From Psilocybe cubensis (Eukaryota), in the NCBI GenBank assembly GCA_017499595.2, contig CM039004.1, positions 3,038,001 through 3,102,000 on the forward strand: DNA of 64,000 nucleotides. Direction: 5' to 3'. The notes below the pieces were generated by a model. The model was not told the DNA's origin, searched no databases, and was given only the letters and a program-made list of their open reading frames with translations. Positions 1-11,087 of the stretch are shown in pieces. The translations under genes were made by a program, and so were the position numbers. Each line of letters opens with the position of its first letter. The stretch's first letter is position 1.

Positions 1-3000
1 CCCGATTTTGTACCAACCGGCCGCTATACTGAAGAGAGAATGAAGCAGTTCGATGAAGTACACACCCCAGGATTCCTCTGGACCGAAGAACGAAAATTAT
101 TACACCATTTCATGATGCAACATCAAGAAGCTTTCGCATGGAACGATACAGAAAGAGGTCACTTCAGGGAAGACTTCTTTCCCCCAGTGAACATCCCAGT
201 TATTCCTCACAAACCTTGGGTACAGCGCAATCGACCCATTCCTCCTGGTATCTATGACGAACTCTGCAAGTTATTACAGAAGAAAATTGACGCTGGTGTC
301 CTTGAGCGATCCAATTCTCCGTACCGAGGAGCATGGTTTACAGTCACTAAAAAGGATGGCAAGTCTCTACGAATTGTACAATCCCTAGAACCATTAAACG
401 CCGTCACAATAGCACACTCTGGAGTGCCTCCCTTCACAGAACAGCTCGTAGAACAGTTTGCTGCAAGAGCATGCGGTGGAATGCTGGATTTATTTGTTGG
501 ATACGATGAACGGGCGCTTGCTGAATCCTCCCGCGATTATACCACTTTCCAGACGCCTTTTGGCGCCCTCCGACTTACCACACTTCCAATGGGATGGACC
601 AACTCAGTCCCCATCTTCCACGACGACGTTACATACATTTTACAGCCAGAAATTCCGCACACAACCATTCCTTACATCGACGACGTCCCAGTTAGAGGCC
701 CAGCTACTCGATACATATTGCCTTCTGGAGACTTTGAAACAATTCCCGAAAACCCAGGAATTAGGCGGTTTATTTGGGAGCACTTCCAGGGACTCAGTCG
801 CGTTGTCCAACGCATGAAATATTCCGGTGGAACATTCTCTGGATTCAAATCACTACTCTGTGGTCCAGAAATAACAGTGCTAGGCCATCGTTGCACTTAT
901 GAAGGCCGTCTCCCAGATCTGAGCAGAGTTTCAGCCATTGTGAACTGGGGACCATGCTCAGACTTATCCGATGTTCGATCCTTTCTTGGTACCATGGGTG
1001 TTTGTAGAATATTCATTCGGAACTTTTCCCATCGTGCTAATCCTCTCATTAAACTCACCCGCAAGAACCAACCGTTTGAATGGACTCAAGAACAAGAAAA
1101 AGCGCAGCAAGACCTTAAAGAAGCACTCCTGAAATCACCAGCCCTTCGTCCCATCGACCACTCGTCCCCAGCACCAGTAATCCTCGCAGTTGACACATCT
1201 AAAGATGCTGTTGGACACTTACTTTGTCAATGCGATTTACAGAACCCCCGCATTCGATACTATTCAAGATTTGGATCCATTACCTTAAACGAACGTGAAG
1301 CGCGATTCTCTCAACCCAAACTCGAGTTATACGGCCTCTTTCGCGCGTTTCGAGCCCTCAAGCTTTACCTCATCGGTGTACGAAATCTAGTCGTTGAGGT
1401 AGATGCGAAATACATTAAGGGAATGCTTTCCAACCCAGACCTTGCCCCTTCTGCAAGTATTAACCGATGGATTACAGCGATTTTAATGTTTCATTTCGAT
1501 CTAGTTCATGTACCAGGTACTCACCACGGACCAGACGGATTATCACGCCGAAAACCACAGCCAGGAGACGAGCCCGAGCCTGAAGACGACTTCGAAGACT
1601 GGATCGATGAAATGCAAGGTTTTATGCATATTCTGAATCCCATTACCACAGCACTCACTGTGCAAGTTCCAACACTCGTATACTCCACCTCCCTCGCGCC
1701 AGAACCGTCTCCCTCAGAAAATAACGACCATTCTACACCAAATACATCATCCGACGACTCCCAGACTTCCTATTCCATTATTCCTCGATCCGACGTTGCA
1801 CACAAGGCTGATGAACGCACATTAAAGGTCAAAACATGGCACGAAACGCTTAAGCGCCCAGACGGCATGACGGACTCGGAATATTCGACATTCCTTCGTT
1901 ACTGCACAGAATTCTTCGTGGCATCGGATAGACTATGGAGAAAGGATCACCATGGACATCATAAGCTCGTCGTACCCATAGAGCGACGTTTATTCATTAT
2001 TTCTTCAGCTCACAACGACGTTGGACACCATGGATTCTTTGCTACAAACTCACTAATAACAGAACGATACTGGTGGCCTTACATGGGCTTTGATATCGCT
2101 TGGTTCATTCGTACCTGCCACCTCTGTCAACTTCGTCGTACCCAGAACGTTCTAATCCCACCAACCGTTGCAATTCCAGCTCCACTCTTCGCCAAAGTCT
2201 TTCTAGACACAATGCACCTTCCCCCATCTGGAGGCTACAAATACATCATCCAAGCTCGATGTTCGCTTTGCCACTTCCCAGAATTCGATCCGCTTCGTCA
2301 AGAAACCGCAAAAACAGTAGGAGAATGGATTCTACGAAACTTAATCTACAGATATGGAATCCTCATCGAAATTGTCACGGATAATGGACCCCCAATCGTC
2401 AAAGCTTGTGAATACCTTTCCAAACGGTATCATATCAATTACATTCGCATCTCGAGCTACAATTCACAAGCAAATGGTCTCGTTGAACGCAGCCATTTTG
2501 ATGTTCGTCAAGCCCTCTTCAAAGCATGCGATGGGGATCAATCCAAGTGGTCTCTATACGTTCACTACGTTTTCTGGGCCGAAAGAGTTACAGTACGACG
2601 TCGGATGGGATGTTCACCTTATTTTGCACTTACAGGAACGCACCCCTTGCTCCCCTTTGATATTGTCGAAGCCAATTACCTTCTACCGCCCCCAGATTCC
2701 ATTCTATCAACCACAGACCTTATTTCTCGCCGCGCAGTCGCTCTCTCAAAACGTCGATCCGATCTTGCAAAGTTACACTCAAAAGTGTATGAAGAACGCC
2801 TCAAAGCAGCTACCCGATTCGAACGAGAACATGCCAACACAATTCGTGACTACGATTTCAAGCTCGGAGACTTAGTTCTCATTCGAAATACGGCTATCGA
2901 GAAGTCTCTCAACAGAAAAATGCGAGCTCGTTACCTCGGACCACTCATTGTCATTTCCAGAAACAAAGGAGGTGCCTACATACTTGCTGAACTCGATGGC

Positions 3001-3204
3001 TCCCTCTTCGATCGCCCTGTCGCCGCCTTTCGAGTCATTCCCTACTTTCCCAGACAGAAACTCGACTTACCACCCCTCGATGAACTCCTAGATGTGTCCC
3101 AAAAGCAACTACAACAACTTAAAGACTCAGTTTCACCTGACCCGGATGAAGACCTTGATTCTGAAGATTACAACGCAATACCACAGGACGACGACCCCCT
3201 CTAG
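1..3204 (+). CDS. pol: Ty3/Gypsy LTR-retrotransposon pol polyprotein (RT-RNase H-integrase); the 5' end lies outside the window
   Basis: The frame is open from base 1. RT motifs LDLFVGY, LPMGWTNS and YIDD; RNase H AVDTSK..ELYG..VEVDAK..DGLSR; integrase HHCC (AHNDVGH..CHLC) and D-D-E core (FLDTM, VTDNG, NGLVER); GPY/F-like YLGPLIV. The order RT-RH-INT is the Gypsy order. Confidence 0.95.
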   Translation, partial: PDFVPTGRYTEERMKQFDEVHTPGFLWTEERKLLHHFMMQHQEAFAWNDTERGHFREDFFPPVNIPVIPHKPWVQRNRPIPPGIYDELCKLLQKKIDAGVLERSNSPYRGAWFTVTKKDGKSLRIVQSLEPLNAVTIAHSGVPPFTEQLVEQFAARACGGMLDLFVGYDERALAESSRDYTTFQTPFGALRLTTLPMGWTNSVPIFHDDVTYILQPEIPHTTIPYIDDVPVRGPATRYILPSGDFETIPENPGIRRFIWEHFQGLSRVVQRMKYSGGTFSGFKSLLCGPEITVLGHRCTYEGRLPDLSRVSAIVNWGPCSDLSDVRSFLGTMGVCRIFIRNFSHRANPLIKLTRKNQPFEWTQEQEKAQQDLKEALLKSPALRPIDHSSPAPVILAVDTSKDAVGHLLCQCDLQNPRIRYYSRFGSITLNEREARFSQPKLELYGLFRAFRALKLYLIGVRNLVVEVDAKYIKGMLSNPDLAPSASINRWITAILMFHFDLVHVPGTHHGPDGLSRRKPQPGDEPEPEDDFEDWIDEMQGFMHILNPITTALTVQVPTLVYSTSLAPEPSPSENNDHSTPNTSSDDSQTSYSIIPRSDVAHKADERTLKVKTWHETLKRPDGMTDSEYSTFLRYCTEFFVASDRLWRKDHHGHHKLVVPIERRLFIISSAHNDVGHHGFFATNSLITERYWWPYMGFDIAWFIRTCHLCQLRRTQNVLIPPTVAIPAPLFAKVFLDTMHLPPSGGYKYIIQARCSLCHFPEFDPLRQETAKTVGEWILRNLIYRYGILIEIVTDNGPPIVKACEYLSKRYHINYIRISSYNSQANGLVERSHFDVRQALFKACDGDQSKWSLYVHYVFWAERVTVRRRMGCSPYFALTGTHPLLPFDIVEANYLLPPPDSILSTTDLISRRAVALSKRRSDLAKLHSKVYEERLKAATRFEREHANTIRDYDFKLGDLVLIRNTAIEKSLNRKMRARYLGPLIVISRNKGGAYILAELDGSLFDRPVAAFRVIPYFPRQKLDLPPLDELLDVSQKQLQQLKDSVSPDPDEDLDSEDYNAIPQDDDPL

Positions 3205-3433
3205 TTTACATTACAGTTGGGAGGAGTCTTCGACATTCAACAGCCTACTTCAAACTTTTATCCCACATACACGACAGCCACCTTCTTAATCCAGTTTATT
3301 CACTTCCATTTCAATTCCATTTCATTCTTGATTTTTCATCCACCACTCTCCATATATTGATTTTCAAACTTTTATACATCTTTCCTATTCGCACAACTGA
3401 CTGGGGACAGTCAGATTTTCAGTTGGGAGGAGA

Positions 3434-4084
3434 TGATACGCAGTGCAGCTTGCTAACCACGGAAATCGCGCGCACCAAGTCCACTTTCCCACGCTTCACA
3501 TGATCGCGGAACATCAATACACCACCGACATCGCCCACCGACACCGATATTCCTCGCTCCCGATTCAATTACTCATTTATTTCTCATCACCATTCCATTT
3601 TGTATGCGTCTTCGTAATATTTTAACAAATTTTCTTCATTTTAAAACCTGAATTTCATATACAGCACAGCTTTCATTTTACCCACACTTTCCGAGTAGAC
3701 ACAATAGGCGCCCGGCTTCGCACCCTCGCCGTTTCCTCCCCATCCGAGAAAATTTTACATTTTAATTAATCTCCTTCTTCTGTAGACTTACTCATACTGT
3801 CTTGGCTTTCTTATTTCGTGTTCGCTTCGCTTATTTCTTTACAAACTTTGTTTTACACACACACCCCAGCTCAGTAGTATAAAAGCTAGCTAGAAAACTA
3901 TCTACAAAACAACAGATCGTTCACCTCTCGTTTCCATCGTGCTCTCATCGTTTTCAGCTGGTTAAGAAGACCAGGGAAACCCTCTCGCACCCTCAGACGC
4001 CTCTCATAGCGGTTCTCCAGTTGCTTTTACTTGTTTACTCTTTTTTTGTTTGCTCGACGCACCTAGGACGCCGCTGGCACATCA
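3434..4084 (+). repeat. Putative 3' LTR (~650 bp)
   Basis: Starts TGAT immediately after the PPT and ends ATCA (short inverted termini); TATA-like GTATAAAAG near 3877. The 5' LTR is outside the window, so the right boundary is inferred. Confidence 0.6.
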
Positions 4085-4764
4085 ACATACCATCTATGTA
4101 CTCGGAAACAGGCAGTTAAGAGTGGGAAGACACAAATTTCCAAGCGACTTTGCCTAAATGAAATTATCCGCATTAGGGAATTATTTCCTAATTTAGGGAT
4201 ACAGCGTAGAATGACAAAAAATAATCTGATATTTTTTTGCCTATTGCTTCTTTGGCTGCATCCATCACGGTGAAGAAAACATAATTCTCTTTTGAATATC
4301 CATAATTCTCACATTGTACTTAGTGGAATTACCTGGCCAATGAACAGAAGCGAGTCCATGCTCTTTGCCAGCTTCTCACGCTCGATAGTGTGTATGTAAA
4401 CCTGTCATTTGATTTTGATGACTACACATAACGAGAAGATTTCCCGGACATAAGAGCTCCGAACAGCGAAAGTATCATTAAGCAGAAGCTTTCATGAGAA
4501 AAAAAGATTAGTAATTCGAAACATCCCCCCGTTCAAGTTCGCGCAGTAGTAGCAAGTTGGTAGCAGGAAAGCGTATGCTTTTGCAACCGAAATAGCGCAT
4601 GACTTAGTGGTAGCTGGGTATAGCGCCAGCTATACTACCTCGGGGACTCCGGTTGACATGAACTCATATAAATGTTGCAAAGAATGAAAGAAAAAACATT
4701 AAATTCGCTCCAGAGACGAAGACAATAAGCCCTTGAACTTCACAGAACCTACCACACATAGCCA

Positions 4765-5457
4765 ATGTCATCGCATCAAGTCCTCAATATCGGCCTTATT
4801 CTTTTTCCAGGTTATCAATGGCTTGACGCGGCAGGCTGCATTGACTACCTTTTCAATCACTCTCGCGAAGCTTTGGCCCCGTATTTTTCTCACAGCAACC
4901 CTGGAGTAGTCGCTAAAGCACCCAGCATGAAATGGCATTACATATCTTCCGACAGATCCCTTGTGCACGCAACGTCAGGCCCACCACAGCTTCCCACTGC
5001 AACATATGACGACTGCCCTGGCCTCGATTTACTTGTCGTACCAGGTCCAGACCCCACGTTTCCCCCTCCACCGGGCTTTGTCGAATTTATGCAGAAGCGC
5101 TACGCAGACCCAGAGCTCAAAGCACTCCTGATGGTGTGCACTGGATCCATCATGGTCGCACACAGTGGGATTCTGGATGGGCGCCAAGTCTGTAGCAACA
5201 AGTTCATTTTGAAGGAGATGGCCACAGCGGGCACCTTGAACAGAAAGGTCAAGTGGATTGGGGATAGAAGGTGGATTGTAGACGGAAAATTGTGGAGCGC
5301 GGGAGGGGTAACATGCGGTGTCGACCTCGCTGCGGAGTACGGCAGGGTTCATTTCGACAAGGAAGTTGGGCAGACTGCCATGCATATTTCTGAATACAAG
5401 CCGAATCCCGACAAGCCAGATTTTTTCGCCTACATCACAGTTGGCGTAGACTTGTAA
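4765..5457 (+). CDS. DJ-1/PfpI (class I glutamine amidotransferase-like) protein, intronless
   Basis: 230-aa ORF with QWLDAAG, DLLVVPG, nucleophile elbow MVCTGS, GILDGR and RRWIVDGKLWSAGGVTCGVD, resembling isonitrile-hydratase/ThiJ-type DJ-1 proteins. Confidence 0.92.
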   Translation: MSSHQVLNIGLILFPGYQWLDAAGCIDYLFNHSREALAPYFSHSNPGVVAKAPSMKWHYISSDRSLVHATSGPPQLPTATYDDCPGLDLLVVPGPDPTFPPPPGFVEFMQKRYADPELKALLMVCTGSIMVAHSGILDGRQVCSNKFILKEMATAGTLNRKVKWIGDRRWIVDGKLWSAGGVTCGVDLAAEYGRVHFDKEVGQTAMHISEYKPNPDKPDFFAYITVGVDL

Positions 5458-5668
5458 GGCGTACAGGTACAGGACAAAGAGATGAGAAGATGGATGACTG
5501 AAAAATTGTGGAACAATTTGATGTCATTGAATAGAAGTTGTTTCGTCGCCTCGTTTTCATCGTAAACTAGGCTGAATACAGTATGTCGTTCAATGCGGAG
5601 ACGAATTTCAAGTAAAAAAAGTCCTCTCATCAGTGAAAAAGTCCTCTCTTCATAATAAGTATAACGCA

Positions 5669-6460
5669 GGGGGCGCGGTGGCTCAGGAGGCACCATCGCG
5701 TACTTAACCCTAGGCTGATGGTAAGGACGCAAGTTCGAACCTCGCCGGTTGCATGGATAAAACAATTTAGACACCATGTGACTTTTCAACGCCACTCGGG
5801 TGACACCGGGCACTGATTTGGGGATCCGCTAGGAAGGCTTTAAGAATGCTTTTGCGGCAAAGCGGCCGAACAGGACGTACCTACGCCCCCCAGTGCGATG
5901 ACGACATGGTAGCTCTATTCTCCTTTGTTTCTAAAAAGGGAGCAATGCCGAAGAGGGAGGACTGGGAGGTTTGGGACAAGCACGAAAGTGATGGCCTGAT
6001 GGCCGAGACGGCTAAAGCCGGCCCCCGACTGCAAGACCATTCAGTACCAAAGGGTAGGACGGAACCCACGGGCGGAGACGGCTAAAGCCGACCCGAAGGA
6101 GACTTTGGACAAGTCAGTCAGGTTGCTATGGGCTCTCTTCGGTCAACTGCCGAATAAAGGGGATGCACACTGATCACTGCCGCCGGCGACAGCTCCACGA
6201 GGGTGTGCCGGACTGACTGCACGTGTGGGAAAGGACTGGGAGTAGAGGGAGTACGGGGATCATTGGAACTCCGCCTGTCACAAGGCTGCACTATGTCTAG
6301 TAAAAAGATGCACGGGATGTAACGTTAAAAGAGGATGGAGTCTGGGACACTTAATATAGTACTTAGGTCACACCCACTCGTACCGATAGGAGGTAATACT
6401 ACCGTCATGTAAGAGCCACTATTGATCAATACCAACTCATTCAACAACAACAACAACAAC
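5669..6460 (+). mobile_element. tRNA-derived SINE-like retroposon with (CAA)n tail and 15-bp TSD
   Basis: Exact flanking direct repeat AATAAGTATAACGCA (5654-5668 and 6461-6475); Pol III A-box TGGCTCAGGAGG (5679-5690) and B-box GTTCGAACC (5733-5741); ends in (CAA)6-7. Confidence 0.85.
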
Positions 6461-7313
6461 AATAAGTATAACGCATCTAGGCTATGTTTGATTGAGAGCT
6501 GTAAGCGCCGCGGCTTCTGGTCAATAGAACATTGTGATTCTCGACATGATTGGATACATTAGACACTGCGGAGGTACGCGCGTATCAGTAACCGTATGTA
6601 ATCTCGGCCATGACTCGCGGTAGTGTGAACATACATACATAAGTCTTCGCAAATTCTTTAGCAGCAAGCAAATGTCGCAAAACGATAGTATCTCCCCGGA
6701 TCTCGACACATTATCCCTATTGGGGAATGTCTTTTCCAAGTGCAAAAATGGGCAGTTTACTGAGGATTCTCGTATACTCGAAAGATTGGCTAGGTTTGAT
6801 TTGCAGGCATTTTCGGAGATAAAATCTAGAAGGCGGGCTTGTAATTTACAATCATTGACTGGATATTAATAAATGAAAGGGTCGACAGCACCTTTGAAAA
6901 TGAGTTAATGCCTGGCCACCGCCGCACCCGCTCGATTGTTCGTTTTGGTCCTTCTAAACCATCCAAGGCTCCAAGCTCTCATGACCGGTACAATGGGGCG
7001 TTGCGACGCGGTGTGAATGGACGTAGATGAGAACTTTCGGACAAAAATTAGTAATTTAGCAACGTTCAGGGACGATATGAGATTTTTTGTCCAATCTAGG
7101 AGCTCGGTTAGCAACCAAAGATGGGTTCAATATTCAAGTACCTTCGATGCTGGGTTGTTGAGATCAATGATTCTTGTGCCGTTCTGATTTGAAACGGGCA
7201 GAGCCGAAAACAGATTTATCTACTCTATATAAGATCAGATAAAAACGGTGAATATCAGAATAAAAAACGCGCACCCATTTACCATCTAGTTGCTTCAACT
7301 TCCACACTTGTTC

Positions 7314-8000
7314 ATGTCAGCGCCAGAGCTCAGCGTAGGCCTCGTCCTTCTACCAGAACACCAGTGGCTCGACGCCGCTGGGACTACCGACTATCTCTAT
7401 AACCACTCCTACGACATACTTTCCAAGCTCTACACAGACAATCCAGAACTGGTCTCAAAGGCGCCCCGTATGACGTTCCATTACATTTCCTCCGACTATT
7501 CTCCTGTACATGCTTCGTCGGGCCCGCCTCAAACACCCACTTGCACATACGAGAATTGTCCCTTTGTGGATATCATCATAGTCCCCGGAGCCGATCCCGC
7601 AGCTGAGGCGCCAAAGGGCTTTGTCGAATTTATACAGACGCGCTACGCAGACCCAAAGTTCAAGGCCATCCTCATGGTCTGCACCGGCTCAATGTGCATC
7701 GCCCGCACCGGCATCCTCGACGGACACCAGGTCTGCAGCAACAAATTTGTCTTGCGCATGGCGGCCAACAACAAGATGCTCTACGACAAAGTCAAGTGGA
7801 TTGGAGATAGGCGATGGATTATTGATGGAAAGCTTTGGAGCGCGGGCGGGGTGACATGCGGAATAGACCTGGCTGCAGAGTACGCGAGACAACATTTTGC
7901 GCCTGAGATTGTCCAGGCAGCGATGGACATTTCAGAATACAAGCCAAATCCTGCCCAGCCCGACCCATTTGCGTATTTGACAGAGGGGTTGGGATTGTAG
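7314..8000 (+). CDS. DJ-1/PfpI family protein, paralog 2, intronless
   Basis: ATG at 7314 (MSAPELSVG); same motifs as paralog 1 (HQWLDAAG, MVCTGS, GKLWSAGGVTCGID). Confidence 0.92.
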   Translation: MSAPELSVGLVLLPEHQWLDAAGTTDYLYNHSYDILSKLYTDNPELVSKAPRMTFHYISSDYSPVHASSGPPQTPTCTYENCPFVDIIIVPGADPAAEAPKGFVEFIQTRYADPKFKAILMVCTGSMCIARTGILDGHQVCSNKFVLRMAANNKMLYDKVKWIGDRRWIIDGKLWSAGGVTCGIDLAAEYARQHFAPEIVQAAMDISEYKPNPAQPDPFAYLTEGLGL

Positions 8001-9564
8001 TACAGCCTGACAAAGCCTTGAGAAATTCGGGCAACCTGTGGACAAGGAACATCTGGATCTGGTGTATTCTCCATAGTTATCGACAAAAATGATAAACAAG
8101 TTTATGGTTCGAGACTAGATTACTCACGTCAACGATCCTATATCAAATCAAAATGTACGAAAGTTCACCTGTCCGATTTGTTACCAGTGGTTTTAGAATC
8201 CATTCTTGTAGTCTTTTGATCGGGGGCGTAGTTTGGGACATTGTGAGGTTTGATGATGAGATTACGATTGCAATAGGACGTGATGTAAATGTTGTAAATA
8301 CATTACCAGTTCACGTTGATAGCAAACAAACGCGATAGATCCACAGAAATATTCTTAGCCTTCAGGTTACTGTTTGGGTAAATGTTCAGTTAGTCTTAAA
8401 CTGTGCAGCATTAGATTTGGAGGTCAATACTGCAACTTTCATGTCGTTTATGATAGCAGAGAACTTCTGGAGACTGGTACTGTGAAAGAGGGTAGTTAAC
8501 TAGGCAATGCACATGGATATCAAATGAACAATCCATATTCTTACCTTGTCCATCGGATCGGACCCATAGCATTGGCCAGCATTGTCCTAGCTACGAAGAC
8601 AGGCGACAGGAAGGAAATGATAGTATACATACGGGTATTGTTCTCCGTAATCCTGAATGGGTGAGTGTTGTAGAAATGTATGGGTCGGCGACGGGCAGGG
8701 GTACTGGTTACCTTTTGTTATAACGTGTACGAAACAATCGAACGTATGGTTTAGTATGATTTAATGAGCTTGTAGTCCTGAAACCAATCATCGAGAAGTG
8801 TAATTTAGGTCCACAGGCGCAATTACAGTGGTAGAATGACTAACCAATGTGTGCAGTGACGCTGGCTCAGCGTACAAACGAAATCCACAGGCGTAATGAC
8901 GTTATCAGATATGATTCATCAATGTCTGTACCTGTACCCCGTAGATTCAAGCGCCTGAGTTAGTTTCTGGCCAATGCAACACTGTGACTCCCTGAATCTC
9001 CACTTGGTCAATGGGACGTGCTATATTAATACACTTTGCCAAACACTGCCATGTTTTCGCGTGCGCCTTGCGGTAAAGATGTATTTTGGGGACAACATAA
9101 ATGACAATCATCGAGACAATCGTATCTGATCTGCACTGTTATCTGCCAACCTCTTTCGTAGTAATTGTGATCAGGGAGAACGTCCCATTCGGCCCGAGTC
9201 AGGAGGTGTTCGTTATATTTCGGATGTCGAAAATGCATAGAACTCGGGCAAGAAATCTATGAAGGAGTTTCTTGAGTCCACACATAGATATGCGTATAAC
9301 CTGCCATTCGTCGCACAGAATGATCAGCATTTCCGTCGCTGTGAAAGAACCTAAAGAAACTTGAACTTCACAGGACAGACCCAAGTGAACTGTCTCGAGG
9401 CCGCCTAATTGAATTTGTGTAACCGATAACCGTCGGATTTTCGTCAGCGTATTCGCGTTGATTGGGAATGGCTTCGAACGTTCCCTGTGACCAGAGTAGT
9501 GAGTCAAGATGCAAAAGAAGTAGTCGAATCTCGAAAATATTCACGGACAGCCCTGGGTTACTTG

Positions 9565-10075
9565 CAAAGCGGCCTCTATGACGTTCCATTACATCTCCTC
9601 TGATTATTCTCCTGTATATGCCTCTTCGGGCCCACCTCAAATACCCACCTACGCATATGGAAGCTGCCCGTTTGTCGACATCATTATCGTCCCTGGCGCA
9701 AACCCTGCAGAGAAGCCAAAAGTTCGTCAAGTTCATACAGACTCGTTACGCAGACCCGAGGCTCAAAGCTATCCTCATGATCTGCACCGGCTCGATGTGC
9801 CTCGCACGTACTCGCATCCTTGACGGTCACCAGGTCTGTAGCAACAAGTTCGTCTTGCGCATGGCGGCCAATGGAAAGACGCTCTACAACAAAATCAAGT
9901 GGATTGGAGATAGGCGATGGGTTATAGAACTGTGGAGCGTGGGAGGTGTGACATGCGGAATAGACCTGGCTGCTGAGTATGCCAGGCAGCATTTTAACCC
10001 AGAGATTGTTCGAGCTGCGATGTAAATTTTCGGAATAAAAAGCCCAACCCTACTCAACCAGATCCTTTTGCATAA
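9565..10075 (+). pseudogene. DJ-1/PfpI paralog 3: 5'-truncated and frameshifted
   Basis: Closely similar to 7460-8000, but lacks the N-terminus, is split over two frames (9578.. and 9618..), has a deletion in WVIELW and premature TAA stops. Confidence 0.88.
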
Positions 10076-11087
10076 TCGACAGGGGGCCTAGAGTTGTAAC
10101 AGACTACATTTTGCCGGCAAGTGCTTCTAGTCGTGGGCGAATTGAATCGATCGAGTTTGGAATATGTGTTCGTGGTGCGAGCCTGAATGCAAAAAATTGG
10201 TTAGACATTGCATCAACACGCATGCCGACCACTTCAATCTTCGTAGGTTGTAAAAATATGCATTCAAGAGTATCTTGCTATTCAAGTCGGTCATGGCCGA
10301 TTCATAGTATGTGAATGGGCGCACAGGCAGGGAAATGCAACAGGAATGTTTGTATAAATTATTTACTAGCAAGTTCATTAATACAGACATAGGAAGAATA
10401 GACAAATTACGCACTTCATGTCTGTACAAGCCAACCAACGACAACTGTATACCTCTAGGCAACTACTTCTTAGTCTTTTTACTTTCCACAAAAAGGACCC
10501 TCTGTTTAACTTTGTGGTAGTCAGTCTCAAATGTTTCCTATCATCTTAAAGCCAAAACGCACCTTTGGGATCGTACTTGATAGCAGAGAGCCTAGGTCCG
10601 GTACGAAGCCTCTGAGTGGTGTAGAAGAAGCCGGTTTGGGCCGTCGAAATAAGGCGAACAATCAATGTTCTGAGAAATAAGATAACTTCAAAGCGTTCAA
10701 GGACAGCCCATGAACGTGCTTACCTGGCTTTCGCCTTTGCGGCCATGTCAGTCTTGGTGTACAAGTGAACCTTGCAGCTCGCTCGCTAACGTCAAAAACA
10801 ATGTTTGGCAAACAGGGTAACAAACAATATGTACTGTCGCGTCCAGTCACGTTAGTCACCTAGTGTGACAATGTATTTGAATATTTTGGATGATCCCCAC
10901 GGAAGCCTTGCGTGTTTCTGAGTAGGTATTGGTTTTTGAAGTTTAAAGCGACAGAAAATCTGGATTGAATGGCAATATATACATCAAAGCATATTACATA
11001 CATCTTTGAAAACAACATCATCAATTGTAAAGTTAAAGCATAAAAAAGTGGTATACGATAAACATTTCCGCACGCAATCATCATCTA

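Larger units (their letters stand above)
1..4084 (+). mobile_element. Ty3/Gypsy LTR retrotransposon (3' portion)
   Basis: Intact pol followed by a purine tract (GGGAGGAGA, 3425-3433) and a TG..CA bounded LTR-like segment. Confidence 0.88.

Noticed and set aside
5669-5760. Functional tRNA gene
   Set aside because: A and B boxes are present, but there is no proper acceptor stem or anticodon arm, and it lies inside a TSD-flanked insertion.
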